A stretch of DNA of 44,413 bases from a virus. Its lineage: Duplodnaviria; Caudoviricetes. The notes below the pieces were generated by a model. That model saw only the letters and a list, made by a program, of their open reading frames with translations. It had not been told where the DNA came from and did no database searches. Made by a program: the position numbers and the translations under genes. Numbering within the stretch: position 1 is the first letter of the stretch; each line of letters begins with the position of its first letter. The stretch is taken from positions 1 to 44,413 of IMG/VR virus record IMGVR_UViG_3300017544_000276; one strand, written 5' to 3'. Positions 8,203-17,120 of this stretch are shown here, one piece after another.

Positions 8203-9078
8203 ATGGACGCGATCAGCCCGGCGCCGGCCGTCAAGCCCGGCATCTATCTCAAACTCGACAACGAGGCCTATCACGGCGGCCCTGGCATCTCGAAGTCTGG
8301 CCTCTGGACGATCCACACCCAGACCCCGGCGCATTTCAGATACCCGCCCGAGAAAGAGGAGAGCACGCAGGCCACCGCCGCGAAGGACTTCGGCACCGCG
8401 GCGCACATCGCGATCCTCGAGCCGAACGATTTCGAGGAGCGTGTGATGCGCGGCCCGGCAGATCGGCGCGGCAATAAGTGGACCGATGCGGCTGAATACT
8501 GCTCGGCCGAGGGCAAGACCCTTCTCGTTGCCGCCGCCTATGACGACGTGCTTGCCATCCGTGACGCGGTGCACGCCGACGCATGGATCAACTCCATCAT
8601 CACCGGCGGCGACCGCATGGTCGAGGCTTCCGGCTACTGGATCGACGAGGAGACCGGCGAGCTGTGCCGCTGTCGGCCGGACCTCTACCGGGAGGATCTG
8701 GGCATCATCGTCGACCTGAAGTCGACAGCCAGCGCGCACCCCGACGCGTTCGCCCGCAGCGTCACCAACTACGGCTACCACGCGCAGGAAGCGTTCTATT
8801 CTGACGGCTGGCGCGCGCTCGGCAAGCCGGTCGAGGGCTTCGTGTTCCTCGCCTGGGAGAAGAAGGCGCCCTACGCCAAAGCCGTGTACGAGCTGCCGCC
8901 CTCGATCGTCGAGGAGGGCCGAGCCGCCGCCCGGAGCGCGCTGGCAACCTACGCCCATTGCCGGCGCGCCAACGAATGGCCCGGCTATGGCGACGGCGTG
9001 CAGGAACTTTCCTTCAAGCGCTGGGCATACCGCCTGACCGAAGCCCCGAACGCCCTCGACGAGGAGATCGCAGCATGA
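8203..9078 (+). CDS. RecE/ExoVIII-like PD-(D/E)XK exonuclease (DUF3799-like)
   Basis: YHGGPGISKSGL, FGTAAHIAILEP, CRCRPD, IVDLKST, YGYHAQEAFY. Confidence 0.9.
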   Translation: MDAISPAPAVKPGIYLKLDNEAYHGGPGISKSGLWTIHTQTPAHFRYPPEKEESTQATAAKDFGTAAHIAILEPNDFEERVMRGPADRRGNKWTDAAEYCSAEGKTLLVAAAYDDVLAIRDAVHADAWINSIITGGDRMVEASGYWIDEETGELCRCRPDLYREDLGIIVDLKSTASAHPDAFARSVTNYGYHAQEAFYSDGWRALGKPVEGFVFLAWEKKAPYAKAVYELPPSIVEEGRAAARSALATYAHCRRANEWPGYGDGVQELSFKRWAYRLTEAPNALDEEIAA

Positions 9079-9476
9079 TCACGATCGAGCAGATCCAGAA
9101 GCGAATTGATGCGATGCCGGAGCGCATGGCGGCGAAGGGGCTTACAAGGCCGAATTCGACGCTATCTTTCCGCAGCAATTCATCCGGCTATGTCCACCTC
9201 ACTTGGGTCAGTCATGGCGACGCGCCGCGTGGCGGCTACGAATTTGTCGACTTTGCCGGCCCCGCGGACCTGGAGACGGCGCTGGACGCGGCCGACGAGT
9301 GGATCGCTTCACTTCCCTCCAGGGAGGAAGCGGAGCGCGACGAGTTCCTGACCATGGTCGCGGCGGCCGTCGATTTCGGCCGGGCTCGCGGCTTCGATGC
9401 CGAGATGATCAATCCGCTCACCGACATGATGAGGCGGATTTCCGAGAACGCGATCACCTATCAGCCAGCTGCCTGA
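9075..9476 (+). CDS. Hypothetical protein
   Basis: ATGA overlap with the exonuclease stop; GAGGAG RBS. Confidence 0.7.
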   Translation: MITIEQIQKRIDAMPERMAAKGLTRPNSTLSFRSNSSGYVHLTWVSHGDAPRGGYEFVDFAGPADLETALDAADEWIASLPSREEAERDEFLTMVAAAVDFGRARGFDAEMINPLTDMMRRISENAITYQPAA

Positions 9477-9685
9477 TGCCGCCGTTCGCCGAGATGGCAC
9501 GGCAGTTCTGGAGCGCAGCCACCTTCTGTCGCCGCGCTCCCAACCGAGACCCCACAAGGGCGATCGGCGTCCTCCGGATACTGACGCGTCACGCCCCTTC
9601 CCCCATCGCCGAGCGCGCCGCTCGAACCCTGAGAGAACTCGACCATGGCCCAGCCCCAGACCCAGAACCTCCCCGCGCCGGCTGA
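9476..9685 (+). CDS. Hypothetical small protein
   Basis: TGATG coupling to the upstream gene; fills the gap to recT. Confidence 0.45.
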   Translation: MPPFAEMARQFWSAATFCRRAPNRDPTRAIGVLRILTRHAPSPIAERAARTLRELDHGPAPDPEPPRAG

Positions 9686-10604
9686 AGGGAAGGCCGCAAG
9701 CCTTCGCCAGCAGATCGAAAGCCTGAAACCGGAGCTGAGGATTGTCCTCCCGCCCGGCATGACAGAGGACCGGTTTGTTCGCGTTGTGCACACCGCGCTC
9801 CAACTCAACCCGGATATCGCGACGGCGACGCGGCACTCGATCTTCGGCGCCTGCCTGAAGGCAGCGACCGATGGCCTGATCCTCGATGGCCGCGAGGCCG
9901 CGCTCGTCGTGCGCAACGTCAAGGTGTCGAAGAAGAACGAGTCCGACAGATGGGAGAAGCAGGCGACCTACCAGCCCATGGTTCAGGGGTTGAAGAAGCT
10001 CGCCGAACAGGCCGGTTGGAATATCATCGCGCACGTCGTCTACGACAACGACAGATTCGACTATTCCCTCGGCGATGACGAGAGCATTCATCATTCGCCC
10101 GCGCCGCTTGATCAGGAGCGCGGCAAGCCGATTGCGGCCTATGCCATCGCCAAGAGCGTCGCCGGCGGCCCGATCATCCGTGAGGTGTTGCGCGCCTCCG
10201 AGATCTTGAACATCGGCAGTCAGGGTCAGAACGCCTACCAGTACGATCCGGGCAAGGGGAAGAACTTCGCCGAGTGGTGGCGCAAGACGCTGATCCGGCG
10301 GATCTGCAAGTACCTGCCGCGGTCGAACGAACGCAGCCCGTTCCACGATGCTGCCGAGCAGATCGACGAAGATTTCGACTACGCCAACGAGAACCAGGAC
10401 ACCCCGACCAACGTCACGCCCATGCAGCGCAAAAAGCGCGGCGGCGCGGCGGCGGCGCTGAAGGACATCACGCCGAAGCAGGCCGAGCCCGCCGACATCG
10501 AACCGGAATTCGACGGCCCCGAGGCTGGCCGCTTCGACGAATTCGATCAGACGACCGGCGAGTTCATCGACAGCGACGCCATGCAGCCGGAGGACGATCT
10601 GTGA
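9645..10604 (+). CDS. recT: RecT-family single-strand annealing recombinase
   Basis: DRFVRVVHTAL...SIFGACLKAATDGL..., VVYDNDRF, WWRKTLIRRICKYLP; located downstream of a RecE-like gene. Confidence 0.85.
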   Translation: MAQPQTQNLPAPAEGKAASLRQQIESLKPELRIVLPPGMTEDRFVRVVHTALQLNPDIATATRHSIFGACLKAATDGLILDGREAALVVRNVKVSKKNESDRWEKQATYQPMVQGLKKLAEQAGWNIIAHVVYDNDRFDYSLGDDESIHHSPAPLDQERGKPIAAYAIAKSVAGGPIIREVLRASEILNIGSQGQNAYQYDPGKGKNFAEWWRKTLIRRICKYLPRSNERSPFHDAAEQIDEDFDYANENQDTPTNVTPMQRKKRGGAAAALKDITPKQAEPADIEPEFDGPEAGRFDEFDQTTGEFIDSDAMQPEDDL

Positions 10605-10810
10605 TGCGGGACGTCCTTCCCTCCTTCGCTCGCATCGAGATCGCGCTCCAGTCGCCCCGCGATCTCACCGTCGCGGCGACCGACCTCCGAGCCCTCGCCG
10701 GCCAGCTCGACGACATCGCCGGAACCGCCAGCACGCCGAACGACGCCCTTGTGCTGGCGCATCACCGCATCAAGGGCGTCTCCCAGAAGCTCAGGAGCGG
10801 AACGAAGTGA
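10604..10810 (+). CDS. Hypothetical protein
   Basis: TGATG coupling; GGAGG RBS. Confidence 0.6.
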   Translation: MRDVLPSFARIEIALQSPRDLTVAATDLRALAGQLDDIAGTASTPNDALVLAHHRIKGVSQKLRSGTK

Positions 10811-11148
10811 TCAAGCCCCTCGACGAGGAAGCGCTGAGCAGCGCGGTCAGGATCGGCACCGACCCGAAATATGCCCCGCTCGCCTATGTGCTGCACGAGG
10901 CATACGACCAGGCCGCCAAGGGCAAGGGCCACGAACGTCATGCGGACGGCAAGGCGTTCGTCGACCAGCCGATTTTCGAGATCGCCCGGATGCTGCACGG
11001 CATCGACGGGCAGACGTTCCAGATCATGAAGAAAGCGCAGGAAGCCGCGCGCATGGTCCGGAACGGACAACACGATGCCGCCGTGCGCGAATTGCTCGGC
11101 GCCATCAACTACGCCGCAGCCGCCGTGCTGCACATCCGCGAGCAGTGA
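10807..11148 (+). CDS. Conserved helical phage protein (GKGHERH motif)
   Basis: GTGA overlap and AGGAG RBS; YDQAAKGKGHERHA...ELLGAINY. Confidence 0.7.
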   Translation: MIKPLDEEALSSAVRIGTDPKYAPLAYVLHEAYDQAAKGKGHERHADGKAFVDQPIFEIARMLHGIDGQTFQIMKKAQEAARMVRNGQHDAAVRELLGAINYAAAAVLHIREQ

Positions 11149-11159
11149 AAGGACCATCG

Positions 11160-11399
11160 GTGACCAGCGAGATCCATCCGGCCCCCGTCGAATTCTCCCA
11201 ACAGGAGATCCAGTATGATCACATCCTGCGCTTCTTCCACTACGCGCACCTTCCGCCCGGCCTCGCCGGTCGCAGCGCCCCGTTCTGCCACCTCGCGCGG
11301 CAGATCATCGACACGACTCCCCGCAACCCCGAGCGCACGGTCGCGCTCCGCAAGCTCCTAGAGGCGAAAGACGCGGCCGTCCGCGCATCGATCGCCTGA
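11160..11399 (+). CDS. Small helical-hairpin protein, possibly an Acb2/Tad1-like nucleotide sponge
   Basis: FFHYAHLPP...PRNPERTVALRKLLEAKDAAVRA; GTG start with AAAGGA RBS. Confidence 0.6.
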   Translation: MTSEIHPAPVEFSQQEIQYDHILRFFHYAHLPPGLAGRSAPFCHLARQIIDTTPRNPERTVALRKLLEAKDAAVRASIA

Positions 11400-11427
11400 C
11401 CCACCAGCACCAACGGAGACATCCACC

Positions 11428-11778
11428 ATGGTCAATCAGACCGGCATCGCCATCGTCGTCAGGGCATTCCTTCCCACCGGCAAGACGCTCGACGAGCAGT
11501 TCGCCGCGCTCAGCGCTGTGAAAGCCGCGCACGAGACGGGCGACTATGCGGCGCTCTTGAAGATCGCCACAATCGACGACGTGAAGACGGAGCAGAAGAC
11601 GCGGCGCGTCGAGGAGCCGGCGCCGGCCTCGCCCGATCCGGAGCCTCAGGCCGAGCAGGATCTCGACGGCGGCGAGTTCGCCGAGACCAACACCGGCAGT
11701 GCCGAGCAGGTGGCCGAACCGGAGGACATCCCGGAGGCCGTGCCGAACTTCCTGAAGGGCAAGAAAAAAGCCGCCTGA
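11428..11778 (+). CDS. Hypothetical protein with acidic, disordered C-terminus
   Basis: GGAGA RBS; last gene before the terminator. Confidence 0.7.
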   Translation: MVNQTGIAIVVRAFLPTGKTLDEQFAALSAVKAAHETGDYAALLKIATIDDVKTEQKTRRVEEPAPASPDPEPQAEQDLDGGEFAETNTGSAEQVAEPEDIPEAVPNFLKGKKKAA

Positions 11779-11801
11779 ACCTGATCCAGACGGCTTGTCG
11801 G

Positions 11802-11839
11802 AACGGCCAGCGACACCCCCTCGCTGGCCGTTTCTATTT
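11802..11839 (+). terminator. Rho-independent terminator
   Basis: AACGGCCAGCGA-caccccc-TCGCTGGCCGTT followed by TCTATTT. Confidence 0.75.
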
Positions 11840-12226
11840 CACGCGGCGCGCGATCAAAGCGCCCGCATCGGCGATGACGATCGCCGGGATCAGGATCGTT
11901 GCCATATCGGAGATCGCAGGCGGCACAGCATGGACCGACAGCGACGTGCCGAGCAGCGGATTGATGATCGACACGACGAAGATCATCGCCCACCAGGCGC
12001 CCCACGGAACGACGATCAGCCAACGGCCGACCCGCGTCGCGCTCCACCGATCAGCGGCCTCCACCAAGGCGATATCACGTGCCGCCTCGATGCTTCGGAT
12101 AGCCTGATCCGCAGCGATACGCTTGTCGTTGTTGTCGGCGTTGAGCTTCGCCGTCCACGCCCGTTCGAGCGGCCCGGTGAACTTCTCGATGACGCCGCCG
12201 GCAATCAGCGACGTCAGCCAGGCCAT
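11834..12226 (-). CDS. Membrane protein, putative holin
   Basis: Amphipathic N-terminus plus two TM segments and a basic C-terminus; end of the late operon. Confidence 0.6.
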   Translation of the reverse strand: MAWLTSLIAGGVIEKFTGPLERAWTAKLNADNNDKRIAADQAIRSIEAARDIALVEAADRWSATRVGRWLIVVPWGAWWAMIFVVSIINPLLGTSLSVHAVPPAISDMATILIPAIVIADAGALIARRVK

Positions 12227-12465
12227 CACCAACCCCGGTCCCGCGTCGCGCGGGCCTCCGGATCACTCGGCAGCACCGCCGGGCGGGGCCGCATGAGAAT
12301 GTTCACGACGATGATCCCCAGCGTGACCCACGGCGTCCAGTGTGCCGGGAGGATCGACGACCAGTCGTAGCCGGCGAACGCCGTCAGCAGGTCCGGCAGG
12401 ATCAGAAGGACGCCCGCCACTACGTTGAAAATCCATGTGCGCCAGCGGCGCAGCGTGTCCCACAT
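12226..12465 (-). CDS. Small 2-TM protein (holin-like)
   Basis: Two hydrophobic segments; AGGAG RBS; coupled to the next gene. Confidence 0.6.
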   Translation of the reverse strand: MWDTLRRWRTWIFNVVAGVLLILPDLLTAFAGYDWSSILPAHWTPWVTLGIIVVNILMRPRPAVLPSDPEARATRDRGW

Positions 12466-12474
12466 GTGAAACTC

Positions 12475-12708
12475 CTAGATCGGGATGCTGCCGCTCCGGA
12501 TCAGCCCGAAGACGGCCGTTATGAACAGCCCGAGGATGATCCAGACCCCTTTGGAGAGATGGCCGTTCAGCCGCTCGACACTGGTCTCAATCCTGAGCAA
12601 CGCCTTGTTGGTGTGGGGCTCTTGGGCCTCAACGCGGGCAAGGCGTTCGCTCATGGTCGTCAGTCTCCCATGGAGCCGATCGAGCTCGGCTCTGATTTCC
12701 TGATCCAT
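12475..12708 (-). CDS. Coiled-coil + C-terminal TM protein (XhlA-like lysis accessory)
   Basis: MDQEIRAELDRL...ERLARVEA...VWIILGLFITAVFGLI. Confidence 0.6.
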   Translation of the reverse strand: MDQEIRAELDRLHGRLTTMSERLARVEAQEPHTNKALLRIETSVERLNGHLSKGVWIILGLFITAVFGLIRSGSIPI

Positions 12709-12830
12709 TCCGACGCCCCCGGCTGCTCGCAATTGTGACCAATAGCGGCAGACGGTTGCGGGGAAGACCGGCGCCAGCCACAGCAGGAGGCTGGTGCAGG
12801 AAGTGCTACGGGAAAACTAGAGAACAGGGC

Positions 12831-13397
12831 CTAGACGTTGAGCGCTGCCGCCACACTGACATCCACAGCAACGATGCTGGCGGCGGTTCGGAAAACAGTC
12901 TTGTAGCCCAGCGACGCGAGCAGCGCCTCTTGGGTTTCGGATGCAGCAGATCTGAAGCCACCACTTTGTCCTAGACAAATTGCGGTTGGCCGATCCGAAC
13001 GAAAATTGATCTCTTCAATAAGCTTATGCTGGTCAGCTTGGGCCTCAATCGCCAGTAGCCACCTTCCCAACCCCAAGTTTCTGCGGTCATCACCCAGTCC
13101 TTCGAACCACCCCGTCGTTAGCGTGCACACGCTGTCTCCAGGTCGATTTTGTTGCCACAACAGGGCCAGCGGAGTTGGAACGACTGCGATACCACGACTG
13201 CCGCCGGAATATAGCAATGCGGTATTGGATCCCGACCAAGGATCTCGTGCCCCCACATCCAGATACGTGGCGTGCTTTGCTCCCAGCAGAGAGAAGATCG
13301 TTGCGACAATCAGATCTTCTCCAGCGTTTGAGTAAGTTAAGCGGCGCCCGCTTTCTCCAGGCGGAATAGATGCGTTGGGACTACAAACCTGCTGCAT
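12831..13397 (-). CDS. Degenerate FkbM-like SAM methyltransferase
   Basis: YSNAGEDLIV...YLDVGARDPWSGSNTALLYSGGSRGIAV matches the FkbM N-terminal pattern; later motifs are diverged; the DNA is visibly less GC-rich than its flanks. Confidence 0.6.
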   Translation of the reverse strand: MQQVCSPNASIPPGESGRRLTYSNAGEDLIVATIFSLLGAKHATYLDVGARDPWSGSNTALLYSGGSRGIAVVPTPLALLWQQNRPGDSVCTLTTGWFEGLGDDRRNLGLGRWLLAIEAQADQHKLIEEINFRSDRPTAICLGQSGGFRSAASETQEALLASLGYKTVFRTAASIVAVDVSVAAALNV

Positions 13398-13473
13398 TGA
13401 TTTCTCGCGCTGTCAATCTCGCTGAATAGTCTGGATGGAGCATGCACCAAATCCGCATCAAGAGCCAGCAAAC

Positions 13474-16400
13474 TTACCCTTGCTCCAATGCCGATATGCG
13501 CGCCGCGAAGTCGTCCAACTTTGCTGCCTGCCGCTTGATCACGTCGAGTAGCATCACGGTGAGGCGTTCATACTGGACGCCATCAGGCGAGAGCTCGGCG
13601 CCGATCTTCAGCCGCAGGCCATAGACTGGTCCACCTTCCTCGTCCTCACCGGTAACTACGGCCTCGTAGTCGTCATCCCGATAGGCCCAGTGGACGAGGC
13701 GCGGCTCGATGTCGGCAACTTCTTCCGCAATCAGGCCATACCACGACCAATCCGCGCGGTCGGCAGGGGCGGTCGAGCGGTACCACACAGGCCGCAGGTT
13801 GAGGATCGCATCAGCTCGATCATGGCTTAGGTCCTCTACGCTCGCCTTATAGAGGGCCGACGAAGTTGACCGGAGAAGCTTGTTCGACGATGCGCTGTCG
13901 AGGTATGCGTTTGCCGCCGAGGCCGTGGTGCCAATGCGGTTGAACGTTACAGACCCATCTTGGTCGAGATAGAGCGTGCGCGAGCGGCTGGTCGAACCAT
14001 TTGCCGTCGTGGCAAACTCAGAGGCAGTTCCGTGAGCAGTGTCGGTCCAGTTCTGAGTGGCATAGAACATGACGGACCCGCGGCCGGTGCCCGCGAACCC
14101 TGTCGTACCATAGCCACGCGCCCAAACACCGCCGATCGCGTCACCCGACTGTACCGCGGAGGGGGCCGAGATCGATCCCCGCGCACGCCGCGTGACAACA
14201 CCCGCCACACCGGGATTGTCTGTGTACGCGGAGAACGTCGCGCCGATGTCGTTCGCACGGAAGAAGTTGAGCCCATCCAGCACGGGGACATTGCCGGACA
14301 GGCTACGCGGCGTCACAACAAGATCGTGAGCCTGCCGGGCCCCAACATCCTCCACGCTGGCCAGTCGCAACGGAGCTTCAAGCGGCCCGACCATTTGGGC
14401 TGGATCCAAGACCCGCGAAAACTGCACGGCAAGATTGGCGAGTTGCGAGGCGTGCGACCCGTCCGCAGTGAAGCCGGGCGCCTTCCATATGCCGGCGTTC
14501 AGCGACGGCTCCAGTGGCATCGAGATGTCGAAGAAGCCTGCACTGGCCGCCGACACCGTCTCAGCCCTAACTGCATTGTTGAAGGCAGACCGCTCAACGT
14601 TGTTGGTGGCTGTCTGGTTAGCCGTGGTGGCCCAGCCATCGGTGGAACTGGACATTGGGGGAACGGTGCAAATGTAGGTCGGAATGCCGGGGAAATATCC
14701 GACGATTGTGTCGATAAGCCCGGCTAGGGTGGCCGCCGAGGCGCCGCCGCTAAGATCGTTGGTGCCGAGTTGCAGCACGACATCCGTGCAGTAGGCGGCA
14801 AGTGCAGCTCGGCTGGCATGCGCGTTGACAAGATCTAGGGCCTTGTCGCCACCGCGAGCGGACTTGACGAAGGCCATCCGAGGGCCGATCGAGCGCTCGG
14901 CAAGGCCGATGAAGCCGGACGCATCAAAGGTGTCCCCGACGCCCTGCGTATTGCTGGCGCCGAGGATCAGAACCGATGAGCGGTTGGTCATGCCGATCAA
15001 GGCGGTAGGGCCGTAGGCCAGGTTGCCCCCGCCGTCCGCAATCGTGCCTGACATCGTCTTGTCGGTCAGGCCAGAAGCCGCCACCTCCGCCGCCGAGCCA
15101 CCGGCCGTGTTGATCGGGCTCTGGTACAGGCTGAAACCTGAGCCGGCCTGCGTGGCGAAGGTGCGAACCCAGAATGCCGCGCCGTCTGGGATCTGGACAG
15201 CGACACTGTCGGACGTGCCGGTGCTGCCCGAGGCAATCGACGCCGAAGCATTCCCGCCGAACTTCACTTGGGTGAAGTTCCCGGCGGGGTATTCGATGGA
15301 GGCAGAGACGGTGGCTACACCGCCGGAAGCCGTCTCCCCCGAGGCGTTATTGATGAACCAGTTCGAGTAAACCAACGACAGGGCGGAGATGTTGTCGCGA
15401 GCGAAATGCTGCGTGCGCGACATGATCTGCTTGGCGCTGCCGTGCCTTCCATTCGGCACTAGGCCGTGCGTTGCGATCTGGCGAAGCGCCATGGGCGGGA
15501 CGGAAGGGACGGCCGGCAGGGCCGAGGCCAGAACCTTGCCATCCGCGTCCAGCCCGGCATAGCCATTCGCCGCATTCTTCGCCGCAACGTCCTGAGGCGT
15601 GAACCCAAGGGCGGCTTGCTTGCCGGCGAGATCCGATACCAGGTTGTCGATGCTCGCTTGCGGTAGAGTGCCCGTCGCATTGCCGAGATCGAGCAGATAG
15701 CTATCCGCCTGGTTCTTGGTCGCCTCTGCCTGGATCGTGGCCAGCTTTTCCATCATCTCACTAGTGAAGGCGGCCGTCACCGCGTCTAGCGTCTCCTTGT
15801 TTGAATGCGTGTGGCGCGCCGCCTTGTTGTCAGAGATGTCTGAGCGCTCGGCCGCCGTCAGGATCTTGGCGTCGGAGCCCTCCTCCATGTTCTCCATGAG
15901 GTAAACGTTCGCGCGCTTCAGACCGCTGTCGTAGTTGGCACTGAACATGTCGCCGCCGGCTGACGGATCAGCCCAGGTCAAATCGTAGTTGGTCGAGCTG
16001 TTCTTGACCGCGATCTGTCCCGCCGTGCCGCCGGCCAGGCCGGCGAGAAGGCCAGCCGCATCGCCGGCCGAACCCGCCGCCGCATCCGCATAGCCGGCCG
16101 CCGCCGTCTGGCTGTCCGAGGCAGCGCCAGCCGCCGCCGCCGCCGCGTTCTTGAACCCTTCCGCGTCGCTCGCCGAGGCGGCCGAGGCCGCGGCCGAGGT
16201 TCCGGACGCTTCCTCGCTGGCAGCGGCCGCCGTCGCACTGGCGGCCGCATCCTCGGCGCTGCCATCCGCAGCCGAGGCCGCGGCCGCCGCCGCGCCGGCG
16301 CTGCCGTCCGCCGCGCTCGCATGTCCCGCCGCCATCCCAGCCGCCGCAACCGCCGCCTCTTCGCTGTCATGCGCCACGCTCGCTGAGCCGGCCGCGTTCG

Positions 16401-17079
16401 ACGCATAGGCTTCGGCCAGGCCGCGCGCATCCTGCGACGCCTGCGCAGCAGCGACGCCAATGGCGATCGCGGCATGAACTTCAGCCGCGTCCGTTGCCGC
16501 CTCATCGGCCGAAGCTGCGGCAGCGCCAGCAGATCCCGCCGCGGCTTCGGCCGATCCGGCCGCAGACGCTACGGCCGCAAGGAACTCTCCGATCCGACGC
16601 CTTGTGACGGGCTGGCCATTCTCGTCGAACTCAAGGACCATGCCCGCGCGATCGGCGCGCCGCGGCAACGGAACGAGCATCTCCTCGTCGCTCGGCTGCG
16701 CACGAAGCGCCCGGCCGGCCGTCTCATGGACCTGCTGCGATCGCATCGTCGCTTCATCGAGAGCGCGCTCTACCGTCTCGGCATAGTAGGCGCCCTGATT
16801 TTCGAGATCCGTTTCCTGCGTGAACGGTACGTTCCGGAGGAGCGTGATGGTCTGGGCAGCAGACGGCGCAACGGTCAACGTCACGCTGCCGCCTGCCGTG
16901 TTGCTGACGCCGGAGACGGAATAGTCGGCACCCAGGACGAGCGCCGTCTCGACCCCATCCTCTTGCCGGATGACCCGGATATGGCTGTCGCGCAGAATGC
17001 GAAAGCCATACGGAAACACCTTCGCCGATCCATTGCCGGAATACGGACCCGACCGGCTGGTCTCGCTGGAAACAGTCAT
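13474..17079 (-). CDS. Tail fiber/tailspike: N-terminal adaptor, Ala-rich stalk, SGNH hydrolase, C-terminal S74 chaperone
   Basis: YSGNGSAKVFPYGF...ERALD N-terminus; ILGASNT, LGTND and DGSH blocks; RSTSSALYK...LRPVWY...GLIAEEV. Confidence 0.88.
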   Translation of the reverse strand: MTVSSETSRSGPYSGNGSAKVFPYGFRILRDSHIRVIRQEDGVETALVLGADYSVSGVSNTAGGSVTLTVAPSAAQTITLLRNVPFTQETDLENQGAYYAETVERALDEATMRSQQVHETAGRALRAQPSDEEMLVPLPRRADRAGMVLEFDENGQPVTRRRIGEFLAAVASAAGSAEAAAGSAGAAAASADEAATDAAEVHAAIAIGVAAAQASQDARGLAEAYASNAAGSASVAHDSEEAAVAAAGMAAGHASAADGSAGAAAAAASAADGSAEDAAASATAAAASEEASGTSAAASAASASDAEGFKNAAAAAAGAASDSQTAAAGYADAAAGSAGDAAGLLAGLAGGTAGQIAVKNSSTNYDLTWADPSAGGDMFSANYDSGLKRANVYLMENMEEGSDAKILTAAERSDISDNKAARHTHSNKETLDAVTAAFTSEMMEKLATIQAEATKNQADSYLLDLGNATGTLPQASIDNLVSDLAGKQAALGFTPQDVAAKNAANGYAGLDADGKVLASALPAVPSVPPMALRQIATHGLVPNGRHGSAKQIMSRTQHFARDNISALSLVYSNWFINNASGETASGGVATVSASIEYPAGNFTQVKFGGNASASIASGSTGTSDSVAVQIPDGAAFWVRTFATQAGSGFSLYQSPINTAGGSAAEVAASGLTDKTMSGTIADGGGNLAYGPTALIGMTNRSSVLILGASNTQGVGDTFDASGFIGLAERSIGPRMAFVKSARGGDKALDLVNAHASRAALAAYCTDVVLQLGTNDLSGGASAATLAGLIDTIVGYFPGIPTYICTVPPMSSSTDGWATTANQTATNNVERSAFNNAVRAETVSAASAGFFDISMPLEPSLNAGIWKAPGFTADGSHASQLANLAVQFSRVLDPAQMVGPLEAPLRLASVEDVGARQAHDLVVTPRSLSGNVPVLDGLNFFRANDIGATFSAYTDNPGVAGVVTRRARGSISAPSAVQSGDAIGGVWARGYGTTGFAGTGRGSVMFYATQNWTDTAHGTASEFATTANGSTSRSRTLYLDQDGSVTFNRIGTTASAANAYLDSASSNKLLRSTSSALYKASVEDLSHDRADAILNLRPVWYRSTAPADRADWSWYGLIAEEVADIEPRLVHWAYRDDDYEAVVTGEDEEGGPVYGLRLKIGAELSPDGVQYERLTVMLLDVIKRQAAKLDDFAARISALEQG
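16020..16580 (-). repeat. Low-complexity Ala/Ser/Gly repeats in the tail fiber stalk
   Basis: Recurrent AAGSA, AADGSA and AAASA units; GCC/GCG-rich DNA. Boundaries are approximate. Confidence 0.7.
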
Positions 17080-17120
17080 ATAGCGCGCCCTCGATTTTGG
17101 GGCACGCTACGCGCCGATGG

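Noticed and set aside
16020-16580. The Ala-rich repeat as a novel repeat element
   Set aside because: It is an ordinary coiled-coil stalk of a phage tail fiber.
11834-17079. Diversity-generating retroelement, as found in BPP-1
   Set aside because: No reverse transcriptase, Avd, or TR/VR repeat pair differing at adenines was seen near the tail fiber.
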